The notes under the pieces are model-generated. The model was not told where the DNA came from. It did not search any database and saw nothing but the letters and a program-made list of their open reading frames with translations. The position numbers and the translations under genes are program-made. 64,000 nt of DNA from Candidatus Planktophila sp. (GTDB lineage Bacteria > Actinomycetota > Actinomycetes > Nanopelagicales > Nanopelagicaceae): the NCBI GenBank assembly GCA_044372065.1, contig JBILSO010000001.1, positions 941 to 64,940 on the forward strand. The letters are read 5' to 3'. How positions within the stretch are numbered: the stretch's first letter is position 1; each line of letters begins with the position of its first letter. Below are positions 10,991 through 19,634 of this stretch, one piece after another.

Positions 10991-13579
10991 TTAGTGGGCT
11001 GCTTCGTTCCAGCTCTTTCCAACGCCAACATTCACATCTAGCGGTGCCTTGAGTGGATATGCATTCCCCATTTCGCGGCGAAGAATTTCAGTGGCAATTT
11101 CGATCTCTTCGGTCACGCTTTCAAGAATCAATTCGTCGTGAACCTGTAGCAATAACCTTGAACGTAACCCTTGAGCAACAAGCTCCTTTTGAACGTTAAG
11201 CATCGCCAATTTAATGATGTCAGCAGCAGACCCCTGAATCGGTGCATTCAAAGCCATTCGCTCTGCAATTTCGCGCCGTGCGCGATTATCGTGCATGAGA
11301 TCTGGCAGGTATCTACGGCGACCTAACACCGTCTCGGTGTAACCAACTTTACGTGCTTCTTCAACAACGCTCTTCAAGTAATCTCTGATTCCACCAAAGC
11401 GAAGAAAGTAGCGATCCATTAAATCCTTTGCAGCAGAGGGCGAGAGATCGAGTTGGATTGCAAGGCCGTAAGAGCTAAGGCCATAGGCGAGGCCGTATGA
11501 CATTGCCTTAATCTGGCGACGCATCTCCGCATCAACATCGGAAGCAGCTACTCCAAAAACCTCAGCTGCAACAGTTGCATGCAAGTCCTCGCCAGATGAA
11601 AAGGCTTCAAGAAGGTGTGCATCATTTGATAGGTGAGCCATGATGCGCATCTCAATCTGACTGTAATCTGCAGTAATTAGTTGATCAAATCCCTTGCCTG
11701 CGACGAAGCAATCCCGGATCTTGCGTCCTTCCTCGGTGCGAACTGGAATGTTCTGCAGATTAGGACCAACGGATGAAAGTCGACCTGTGGCGGTCACAGT
11801 CTGTGCAAAGTGAGTATGTATGCGTTCGTCAGATGCAATCTCTGCAATCAATCCTTCGATCGTAGTCGCTAGTTTCTTTGTCTCTCGAATGCGTAGTAGT
11901 GCTGCTAAGACTGGGTGCTTGGACTTAGCGAAGAGCCACGCTAAAGATTCGGCATCAGTAGTAAAGCCGGTCTTTATCTTCTTAGTCTTTGGAAGTCCCA
12001 ACTCTTCAAAGAGCACCACCTGCAACTGCTTCGGCGATGCCACATTAAACTCATGGCCAACAGAATCGTGGGCTAGTTTGGTCTGCGTTGTCACTTCAGA
12101 TTCAAAGTAGTTCAAGAGATCAGCGAGTTTCCTGCGATCGACTGCCACTCCTCTGCGTTCCATGACAGCAAGTAGATGTGCGATCGGTAGTTCGAGATCG
12201 TAGAGAAGACCCTCAACTCCACGAGCTTTCAGTTCTTGATCCAACGAAGTTCTGAGAGTGAAGAGGTGTGAGGCAGAAGATGCCAGCAAACTCTCAGGAG
12301 AAGTCAGATCTAAAGTCGAACCATCTCCAAAGCGCTCGAGAAGGTCTGAAATTTCGTGGGAGCGCACACCTGGGTTGAGAACATAGGCAGCAAGGCTGGT
12401 ATCAAAGACTATGCCCTCAATCTCACTTATCCGAGAGAGCGTCTTGCCGTCATGAACAATCTTTGGAATATCTGCATCAGCGCCCCAAGATCCAATATCG
12501 CCAGAATGTACGAGATAAACCTCGTCAGAAGAAAGTGCCACTGAATATCGATCGACCTTCTCATCTATAACCTCGTAGGAGAGAGCTATCTCACCTGGAT
12601 GTTTAGCGATCTTTGCGCTCACTTCCACGGGCGTGAGAACTTTTTGATCAACTTCTCGTGCGAAGAGTGTAGGAACGGCTGGGGCTACATGATCTGTTTT
12701 CGATATTGTGATGGCAGATAGTCGATCCTTGAGTGTTCTAAATTCAAGTTTTTCGAGAAGCGGTGCAAGAGCTGAAAGCTCGACCCCCGACCATGCAAGC
12801 GCGACGGGATCTGTTTCAATCTCGACAGTGCGAATAAGTTGAGTGAGTTCTCGATTGCGCTTGACGCTTTCAATATTCTCGCGCAGAGCGATACCCACTT
12901 TGCCACTGACTTCGTCAGATTTTTCAAGCAATTTCTCTAAGGAGCCATACTCGATAATCCATTTTGCAGCCGTCTTTTCTCCAACGCCCGGGATTGAAGG
13001 CAAGTTATCGCTTGGGTCTCCACGAAGTGCTGCAAAATCTGGATATTGCTGCGGTGTCATCTGATACTTATCAATGACCGCCTGTGGCGTCATTCGCGCC
13101 ATCTCGCTCACGCCACGCTTTGGATATAAAACGGTGATCGATTCTGTAACTAGTTGAAAGCTATCGCGATCTCCTGTGCAGATCAAAACGTCGAAGCCAT
13201 CTTTTTCGGCGCGAGTGGCTAAGGTGGCGATTATGTCATCGGCTTCAAAACCATCTACCGCAAATTGTGTTATGCCAAAACCAGAAACAAGATCATTGAG
13301 ATATGACATCTGAGATCGAAACTCATCAGGAGTTTTAGCGCGATTAGCTTTGTACTCAGGAAAAATCTCGCTTCGAAAAGTCTTTCGAGAGACATCGAAG
13401 GCAACGGCGACATGGGTGGGTTTCTCGTCCTTGAGCAGAGAGATCAACATCGTGGCGAATCCGTAGATAGCATTGGTGTGCTGGCCGGTTGCAGTAGTGA
13501 AGTTATCTGCTGGCAGAGCAAAAAATGCACGGTAGGCCATTGAGTGGCCATCAATAAGAAGCAGTCTCTTCTTGGCCAT
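10991..13579 (-). CDS. polA: DNA polymerase I
   Basis: LLIDGHSMAYRAFFAL 5'-nuclease, GDPSDNLPSIPGVGEKTA, ADYSQIEMR, LLQVHDEL. Start moved to MAKKR at 13579. Confidence 0.97.
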   Translation of the reverse strand: MAKKRLLLIDGHSMAYRAFFALPADNFTTATGQHTNAIYGFATMLISLLKDEKPTHVAVAFDVSRKTFRSEIFPEYKANRAKTPDEFRSQMSYLNDLVSGFGITQFAVDGFEADDIIATLATRAEKDGFDVLICTGDRDSFQLVTESITVLYPKRGVSEMARMTPQAVIDKYQMTPQQYPDFAALRGDPSDNLPSIPGVGEKTAAKWIIEYGSLEKLLEKSDEVSGKVGIALRENIESVKRNRELTQLIRTVEIETDPVALAWSGVELSALAPLLEKLEFRTLKDRLSAITISKTDHVAPAVPTLFAREVDQKVLTPVEVSAKIAKHPGEIALSYEVIDEKVDRYSVALSSDEVYLVHSGDIGSWGADADIPKIVHDGKTLSRISEIEGIVFDTSLAAYVLNPGVRSHEISDLLERFGDGSTLDLTSPESLLASSASHLFTLRTSLDQELKARGVEGLLYDLELPIAHLLAVMERRGVAVDRRKLADLLNYFESEVTTQTKLAHDSVGHEFNVASPKQLQVVLFEELGLPKTKKIKTGFTTDAESLAWLFAKSKHPVLAALLRIRETKKLATTIEGLIAEIASDERIHTHFAQTVTATGRLSSVGPNLQNIPVRTEEGRKIRDCFVAGKGFDQLITADYSQIEMRIMAHLSNDAHLLEAFSSGEDLHATVAAEVFGVAASDVDAEMRRQIKAMSYGLAYGLSSYGLAIQLDLSPSAAKDLMDRYFLRFGGIRDYLKSVVEEARKVGYTETVLGRRRYLPDLMHDNRARREIAERMALNAPIQGSAADIIKLAMLNVQKELVAQGLRSRLLLQVHDELILESVTEEIEIATEILRREMGNAYPLKAPLDVNVGVGKSWNEAAH

Positions 13580-13610
13580 GGCCCTTATCTTAGGTATAAA
13601 CTCCCCAACT
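13580..13610. promoter_or_regulatory. Back-to-back divergent -10 boxes for polA and the thioesterase
   Basis: TAAGAT (minus, 13587-13592) 7 nt before the polA ATG; TAAACT (plus, 13597-13602) 8 nt before the thioesterase ATG; 31-bp gap. Confidence 0.6.
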
Positions 13611-14024
13611 ATGACGCAACCAAATTTCCTTGACATTGTTCGTGAGCGCGGCAGTGGTGCCCTCGATAAGAAGATGGGTATCGAAATTCTTGAAGCATCC
13701 CCCGAACGTCTCGTGGGTCGAATGCCAGTGGAAGGTAATACTCAACCAATCGGCCTTCTCCACGGTGGTGCAAATGTGGTCTTAGCTGAATCTCTCGGCT
13801 CTATAGGAACACAAATTCACGCTGGACCCACACGTCGGATTGTTGGAGTAGATATCAACGCTACGCACCACAAGTCAGCAACTACAGGATTTGTAACCGG
13901 CGTTGCAACTGCAGTATCTCTCGGAAAAACACTGTGCGTCTATGAAATCGTCATCACCAATGACCAAGGAGAGCGCACGTGTAGCGCACGCATTACCTGC
14001 ATGATTCTTGCGGAGAGAAAATAA
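13611..14024 (+). CDS. PaaI/hotdog-fold acyl-CoA thioesterase (DHNA-CoA thioesterase-like)
   Basis: NTQPIGLLHGGANVVLAESLGS, GVDINATHH; divergent from polA. Start moved to ATG 13611. Confidence 0.9.
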   Translation: MTQPNFLDIVRERGSGALDKKMGIEILEASPERLVGRMPVEGNTQPIGLLHGGANVVLAESLGSIGTQIHAGPTRRIVGVDINATHHKSATTGFVTGVATAVSLGKTLCVYEIVITNDQGERTCSARITCMILAERK

Positions 14025-14038
14025 CTTCTTCTCAAGAA

Positions 14039-14767
14039 TTAGAAAATTTCATTCGCTCCAGTGCCGAGATAGGCAGCCTTAACGTGAGGATCATTCAGTA
14101 GATCGCTAGCCTTTGCTTCCTTAGTGATAGATCCAGTCTCAAGAACATATGCGCGGTGGGCTCTAGAAAGAGCTTGTTGAGCATTCTGTTCAACTAGCAA
14201 GATAGTTACGCCTTGCTTGTTGATCTCTGTAATGATTCGGAAAATGTTCGCGATCATTTGAGGTGCCAGACCCATCGATGGTTCATCAAGCAAGAGAACC
14301 TTTGGGCGAGCCATGAGCGCGCGTCCAATTGCCAGCATCTGCTGTTCGCCACCGGATAAAGTTCCTCCGGCTTGAGTCGCTCTCTCCTTCAAGCGAGGGA
14401 AGAGATTGTAAATACGTTCAAGATCTGTAGCGATCTCAGATTTCTTCATCTTGAGATGGTATTTACCCATTTCGAGATTCTCTAAAACTGTCATTCCAGA
14501 GAAGATGCCACGACCTTCAGGTGCTTGTGAAATCCCAAGACGAACTCTGTCATGGGCAGCCATCTTGGAGATATCTTTTCCGTCGAAGAAGATCGAGCCA
14601 GAGCTGATTGGTCTCAACCCTGAAATAGTTTTTAGCGTTGTTGTCTTACCCGCGCCATTAGCGCCGATAAGCGTGACGATCTCACCTTCATTGACTACGA
14701 CAGAGATACCCTTAATTGCTTCAATCTTTCCATAATGAACATGGATATCTTTTATTTCAAGACGCAT
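14039..14767 (-). CDS. livF: Branched-chain amino acid ABC transporter ATPase
   Basis: GANGAGKTT, PEGRGIF, LSGGEQQMLAIGRAL, LLDEPSMGLAP. Confidence 0.95.
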   Translation of the reverse strand: MRLEIKDIHVHYGKIEAIKGISVVVNEGEIVTLIGANGAGKTTTLKTISGLRPISSGSIFFDGKDISKMAAHDRVRLGISQAPEGRGIFSGMTVLENLEMGKYHLKMKKSEIATDLERIYNLFPRLKERATQAGGTLSGGEQQMLAIGRALMARPKVLLLDEPSMGLAPQMIANIFRIITEINKQGVTILLVEQNAQQALSRAHRAYVLETGSITKEAKASDLLNDPHVKAAYLGTGANEIF

Positions 14768-15533
14768 CTTCAGGCACTCCTAAATAGGCTTCGATGACTC
14801 GCTTATCATTTTGTACAACGGTAGGTAGGTCATCAGCGATTTTCTGACCGAAATCAAGAACGACAACTCGATCTGAAACGCCCATAACTAGCGACATGTC
14901 ATGTTCAATTAAGAGAACCGTGTAACCAGCATCTCGAATACGCTTGATGGTTTCGGCTAATTCAATTTTTTCTGCAGGGTTAAATCCAGCTGCAGGCTCA
15001 TCCAAGAGCAACAACTTCGGCTTCGTACCTAGTGCTCTTGCGATTTCTAATCGGCGCTGGACGCCATAAGGAAGGTTCTTTGCAAGTCGATCTGCATATT
15101 GACCAATGCCGATGAAATCCAAAATCTCCTGAGCTCGTGCAGTATCTGATTTCTCTTCTCTACGGGAGATAGGCATTCCGAACAACCCGCTGAGTAAGCC
15201 TGACTTCTTATGAGTATCAGTGGCTGTAATAACGTTCTCGAGAGCGGTCATATCTCCCCAGAGGCGAATGTTTTGGAAAGTTCGAGCAATGCCGCCTCGA
15301 GTGATTCTGTAACGCTTCTTACCTTTGAGCGACTTACCTAAAAATGAAATATCTCCACTAGTTACTTGATAAACGCCTGTGATCACATTGAACACTGTCG
15401 TCTTACCAGCACCATTCGGGCCGATGAGTCCGAGGATCTCTTTTTCGTTGATCTCAAAACTCACGTCATTAAGGGCAGTTACACCACCAAACTTGATGGT
15501 GACATTCTTAAATGAAAGTACATTCTTGGTCAT
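14757..15533 (-). CDS. livG: Branched-chain amino acid ABC transporter ATPase
   Basis: [46 protein letters not shown]. Confidence 0.95.
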   Translation of the reverse strand: MTKNVLSFKNVTIKFGGVTALNDVSFEINEKEILGLIGPNGAGKTTVFNVITGVYQVTSGDISFLGKSLKGKKRYRITRGGIARTFQNIRLWGDMTALENVITATDTHKKSGLLSGLFGMPISRREEKSDTARAQEILDFIGIGQYADRLAKNLPYGVQRRLEIARALGTKPKLLLLDEPAAGFNPAEKIELAETIKRIRDAGYTVLLIEHDMSLVMGVSDRVVVLDFGQKIADDLPTVVQNDKRVIEAYLGVPEDAS

Positions 15534-16549
15534 TTTGACTCCTCCCCAGGCAAAGCTTTCTCGCGCTTCTTTCTTGGAAGTAGGCCATCAGGACGAAGAT
15601 TCATCATGATCACGAGTACTGCACCGAACACCAGGAGGCGTGCATCGGAGAGGAAGCGAATTCGATCTGGAAGGTAGCCAAGAATTACTGCACCAAGAAT
15701 TACGCCCCAAATATTTCCCATTCCTCCGAAGACCACACAGGCCAAAATGAGAATAGACACTTGAAGCGTAAAGTTATCTGGTGAGATAAAGAGTGTCTTC
15801 GAAGCATAGAGAACGCCGGCAGCTCCACCAACTGAAGCTCCCAAAACAAATGCCCAGATCTTGTATTTGAAGGTAGGAACTCCCATGAGTTCAGCAGCGT
15901 CTTCGTCCTGGCGGATAGATTCCCACGCACGACCTGGGCGTCTAGCCGAGAGTCGACGAATCATCCAAATCGTCAGAAGAATGATGATTAAGAATGTCCA
16001 GAAATAGAGTCTGTGATTATCAAATGTATATTCCAAGCCAAATATGGTCGGCGGAGTTGGAACTCCGACAATTCCATTTGCGCCACCGATTGAGTTCAAA
16101 TTCAATGCCGTGATGCGCACAATCTCACCGAAGCCAAGGGTAATAATGGCTAGATAATCTCCGCGCAGACGTAGCGCAGGGACTCCGAGAATGAGACCGG
16201 CAAACATAGCCATTGCAATACCGATTGGGAGAATCTCCCATGTATTCAAGCCAGTCTTAGTTCCCAACAATCCCATCGTGTAAGCGCCGATAGCAAAAAA
16301 CGCAACATAACCGAGATCAAGAAGTCCGCTCTTTCCGATCACAATGTTTAAGCCAAGGGCCATGATTACAAAGATTGCTATAGGAAAAACAAGAACCGAT
16401 CCATAATCTGCAATCGGTGTGTTGAGGAAAGTTCCACCTAGGAATGGCAATGAAGCCGCCATTGCGATCGCACCCAGTGCGATTAAAACGCGGACAGGTC
16501 TACCAGAGCGTGCCCAGAAATCAGCTCCAACATCTCTTAGATTTATCAT
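15530..16549 (-). CDS. livM: Branched-chain amino acid ABC transporter permease
   Basis: [48 protein letters not shown]. Confidence 0.95.
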   Translation of the reverse strand: MINLRDVGADFWARSGRPVRVLIALGAIAMAASLPFLGGTFLNTPIADYGSVLVFPIAIFVIMALGLNIVIGKSGLLDLGYVAFFAIGAYTMGLLGTKTGLNTWEILPIGIAMAMFAGLILGVPALRLRGDYLAIITLGFGEIVRITALNLNSIGGANGIVGVPTPPTIFGLEYTFDNHRLYFWTFLIIILLTIWMIRRLSARRPGRAWESIRQDEDAAELMGVPTFKYKIWAFVLGASVGGAAGVLYASKTLFISPDNFTLQVSILILACVVFGGMGNIWGVILGAVILGYLPDRIRFLSDARLLVFGAVLVIMMNLRPDGLLPRKKREKALPGEESK

Positions 16550-17500
16550 CTATGCCCTCGATTGTGTGATTGCTTCGCCGAACACACCATTCGGCCTGAA
16601 ATAAAGAACGACAACAAGAATGACGAAAACGGTAACAGCCTTCCATTGGGTACCAAGGAAGAAGGAAGCGTAGGTTTCAATCAAACCGAGACCGATGCCT
16701 CCGTAGAAAGCTCCCTTAATGTTTCCAATTCCACCCAAAATTGCGGCTGTAAATGCGGCAATTCCCAATTCGAAACCGATGTTAAATGCGGTGTTCTCAT
16801 ACTTAAGAATGTAGAAGAAGCCAGCAGCGCCGGTCATCAATCCGCCAATTAAGAAAGTACCTGAGACAACGAAATTCAGGTTTACACCCATCAAGCGAGA
16901 TGCATCTTCATTCATAGAGACAGCTCGGATGGCTTTTCCTAGACGAGTACGCTTCACAAACTGACTCAATGCGATAAAGAGTATTAATCCAGAGACGACG
17001 ATAATGATGTTATCGACTCTCAATTCAATTCCAAATGGGGCAGCTAAAGTCTTCTTCTCCATCACACGTGGGCTACCGACGTAGCGTGAGTCGGTCAGGA
17101 TTCGCATGAACTCTGCCAAGACAATTGACATTCCAATTGCCGAAATCAATGGGGCCAATTTATTCGAGCCACGATTTCTCAGTCGTCTATATGCGACTAA
17201 CTCGAGGAGTACAGAGAGAATTCCTGACATCAACATCGAGGCTAATAGACAAAGGAAGAGGATCCACACGAGACGCGCGCCGACTGCTGGTTCTGACTGC
17301 TGGGTGAATCCAAATACATCTCGCACGACCAGAATAGAAGCGAAAGTTCCATACATAAAGATCTCGGAGTTAGCGAAGTTGATCATTCTTAGAACGCCAT
17401 AGACCATCGTGTAGCCCAAAGCGATCATCACGTAAATGAAACCTAGGCTCAGGCCTCCTACCGTCAATGATGCAAACTGATCTTGAAAATTACCTAACAC
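16550..17500 (-). CDS. livH: Branched-chain amino acid ABC transporter permease
   Basis: ALGYTMVYGVLRMINFA, TRLGKAIRAVS, AFTAAILGGIGN; GTG start. Confidence 0.95.
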   Translation of the reverse strand: MLGNFQDQFASLTVGGLSLGFIYVMIALGYTMVYGVLRMINFANSEIFMYGTFASILVVRDVFGFTQQSEPAVGARLVWILFLCLLASMLMSGILSVLLELVAYRRLRNRGSNKLAPLISAIGMSIVLAEFMRILTDSRYVGSPRVMEKKTLAAPFGIELRVDNIIIVVSGLILFIALSQFVKRTRLGKAIRAVSMNEDASRLMGVNLNFVVSGTFLIGGLMTGAAGFFYILKYENTAFNIGFELGIAAFTAAILGGIGNIKGAFYGGIGLGLIETYASFFLGTQWKAVTVFVILVVVLYFRPNGVFGEAITQSRA

Positions 17501-17544
17501 GTTGCTTCTTCCTGATTGTGAGTTACAAAATTAGAAAATTAAGT

Positions 17545-17580
17545 GCACAGCACCTGGTAATTTCTTACCAGGTGCTGTGC
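17545..17580 (-). terminator. Perfect 16-bp stem-loop between livK and livH (leaky terminator or mRNA stabiliser)
   Basis: Minus strand GCACAGCACCTGGTAA-GAAA-TTACCAGGTGCTGTGC, followed by an interrupted U-rich tract (ACTTAATTTTCTAATTTT). Confidence 0.75.
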
Positions 17581-17617
17581 GTAGAGACTTCTTGCTTAGT
17601 CAAAGACTAAACAATAT

Positions 17618-18760
17618 TTACTTTACTCCACCTGTGTACTTAATTGCTCCAGCCTTGATTTCAAAGCCGTTCATGACTCCACCAGCAGTATCACCGTTGC
17701 GGTCAAATGAAAGAGCAGCACCTGAGATTGACTTGCCCTTGTATGCCTTTACGCACTTCAACATTGCTGGGCGTGTAGAAACACCCTTTGCGATGCAGTT
17801 AAGGAATACATTTGCAGCGTCGATTGACTCAGCAGCGTATGTTCCTGAAGAAACCTTCATTCTCTTCTTGAAATCTGCTTCGATCTTTGGATCGATCTCA
17901 GAAAGAGGAACAGTTCCTGCAGTGAGGCGAACGCCTTCAAGAATTGAAGCGCTTGCAAGTGTCAAGATTCCTGGGCTAAGTACTCCGTCGCCACCAGCAA
18001 GGATGCCTGTGTAGCCTGAGTCACGAAGCTGACGGTAGAGAGTTGCAGCCTGTGCGTAGTAACCAGTGAAGATAACTACGTTTGCTCCAGCTGTCTTTAC
18101 CTTAGCGATTGAAGCTGACCAGTCTGTTGTCTTATCTGGAACGCTGTCTTGACCAGCAAGAACTGCGCCGCCGATCTTCATGTAGTCAACAAGGCCAACA
18201 CCGTATGGTGACTGATCATCGATCACAAACACCTTAGGAGCTGTAACGCCCTTTGTTGCTAGCTTGTAAAGCGCAGGTCCCTGAACGCGGTCAGTTACTG
18301 GAATACGGTGGAACACTGGGAAACCAATGAGTCCCTGTGCTGGATCTGTAATTGAAACGCGTGTAGCAGATGGTGAGATCAATGGAAGACCTGTCTGCTT
18401 GTAGAATGGAAGTGAAGCAATTGTTGCTCCAGAGTATGCAGGTCCTACGAGTCCGAGGATGCTCTTGTTTGAAGCTGTTCCTGGAGCAACCTTAGCTGCT
18501 TCTGTTCCGCTTCCCTGATCATCAACTGAAACGATCTTTACCTGAATCTTGCCCTTGTTCTTCTCATTGAACAATGCAACTGCGTACTTAACGCCGTTGA
18601 GTTCGTCGATACCGACCTGAGCTTCCTCACCTGTGAGAGGACCTTGAAATGCGATTGTCGCAACACGTGCTTTAGCATTTGCAATCGGAGCCACCGCTAC
18701 GGTGGTACCTAGTGCAAGTGCGATCACGGCGCCAATAGAAACTAACTTACTTTTTTTCAT
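17618..18760 (-). CDS. livK: Branched-chain amino acid ABC transporter substrate-binding protein
   Basis: FQGPLTGEEAQVG, VDDQG, LVGPAYSG, LISPSAT, IDDQSPYGVGL; N-terminal signal peptide; SD AGGAAAGG; first gene of the liv operon. Confidence 0.92.
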   Translation of the reverse strand: MKKSKLVSIGAVIALALGTTVAVAPIANAKARVATIAFQGPLTGEEAQVGIDELNGVKYAVALFNEKNKGKIQVKIVSVDDQGSGTEAAKVAPGTASNKSILGLVGPAYSGATIASLPFYKQTGLPLISPSATRVSITDPAQGLIGFPVFHRIPVTDRVQGPALYKLATKGVTAPKVFVIDDQSPYGVGLVDYMKIGGAVLAGQDSVPDKTTDWSASIAKVKTAGANVVIFTGYYAQAATLYRQLRDSGYTGILAGGDGVLSPGILTLASASILEGVRLTAGTVPLSEIDPKIEADFKKRMKVSSGTYAAESIDAANVFLNCIAKGVSTRPAMLKCVKAYKGKSISGAALSFDRNGDTAGGVMNGFEIKAGAIKYTGGVK

Positions 18761-18824
18761 ATGTAGTGCCTTTCCTGTTCTTGTGTCCCGGGACAGGGAG
18801 ACCGAAAGAGTAATGGTTGGGGTG

Positions 18825-18872
18825 AGGCTAGGACAAGGCCCATTTAGGCCTAAATGGTCTCGGTTTCGTTAT
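18825..18872 (-). promoter_or_regulatory. livK promoter region: -10 TAGCCT, 18-bp palindrome and GlnR-like box
   Basis: TAGCCT at 18825-18830; perfect palindrome CCATTTAGGCCTAAATGG at 18840-18857; minus strand ATAAC-N6-GAGAC at 18857-18872. Confidence 0.5.
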
Positions 18873-18913
18873 AAATGGGATTCCAGTATCACCAGCTGAG
18901 ACGGTGCTTTGGC

Positions 18914-19510
18914 CTATTTTTCTGGAACGGCTTCAGGGCTGATGACGGCTTGAGCAACTTCTTTCATGGTGAGACGGCGATCCATAGCTGCCTTTTGAAT
19001 CCATGAGAACGCCTGAGGCTCGGTGAGATTGAGGGCAGCCATAAGAATGCCTTTAGCTCTATCGATGATCTTTCGTGTTTCTAGTCGTTCATGGAGATCT
19101 GCAACTTCAGCGGCTAGAGATTTCATCTGCTGATGCCTACTTATTGCAATCTCAATGGCTGGGACTAAATCATTAATCGTAAATGGTTTAAGTACATAGG
19201 CCATTACTCCAGCATCACGGGCGCGATCAACAAGTTCACGTTGACTAAATGCAGTAAGCATCAACACCGGACAAGTTGAAATAATCTCTTCAGCCGCGCT
19301 TATGCCATCAAGTATCGGCATCTTCACATCAAGAATTGCTAGATCAGGTTTGTGTTCTGCTACTAAGGTAATTGCTTCTGCGCCATCACTTGCTTGCGCA
19401 ACGACGAGATAACCGGCCTCGCCGAGCATTTCGACAAGATCCATTCTGATCAGCGCTTCGTCTTCAGCCACGACTATTCTGACTGGCTCTTGCTTGCGCT
19501 CTATATTCAT
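18914..19510 (-). CDS. pdtaR: ANTAR-domain response regulator (PdtaR/Rv1626-like)
   Basis: Receiver domain (VAEDE, LDVKMP, LTAFS, KPF) plus ANTAR (ETRKIIDRAKGILM...AFSWIQKAAMDRR); next to tRNA-Leu(CAA), as in mycobacteria. Confidence 0.92.
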   Translation of the reverse strand: MNIERKQEPVRIVVAEDEALIRMDLVEMLGEAGYLVVAQASDGAEAITLVAEHKPDLAILDVKMPILDGISAAEEIISTCPVLMLTAFSQRELVDRARDAGVMAYVLKPFTINDLVPAIEIAISRHQQMKSLAAEVADLHERLETRKIIDRAKGILMAALNLTEPQAFSWIQKAAMDRRLTMKEVAQAVISPEAVPEK

Positions 19511-19511
19511 G

Positions 19512-19584
19512 TGCCCCGAGTCGGATTCGAACCGACACTATGCAGTGTTTGAGACTGCCCTCTCTACCGTTGGAGTACCGAGGC
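19512..19584 (-). tRNA. tRNA-Leu(CAA), short variable loop, CCA not encoded
   Basis: GCCTCGG TA CTCC AACGGTAG AGAG G GCAGT CTCAAAC ACTGC ATAGT GTCGG TTCGAAT CCGAC TCGGGGC A: full cloverleaf, anticodon CAA, A73, A15-U48. TAAGAT -10 box at 19595-19600. Confidence 0.95.
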
Positions 19585-19634
19585 TAACGAAGGAATCTTA
19601 ACCTCTCCCCTGCCTTGAGACCGAATCGCAGGGA

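Noticed and set aside
18761-18820. ANTAR dual-hairpin target in the livK leader, suggested by the adjacent pdtaR
   Set aside because: I could not find two stems with purine-1/G4 hexaloops; only a palindrome is present.
19512-19634. tRNA as an integration site for a prophage or island
   Set aside because: No integrase, no duplicated tRNA 3' end seen, and core genes lie directly on both sides.
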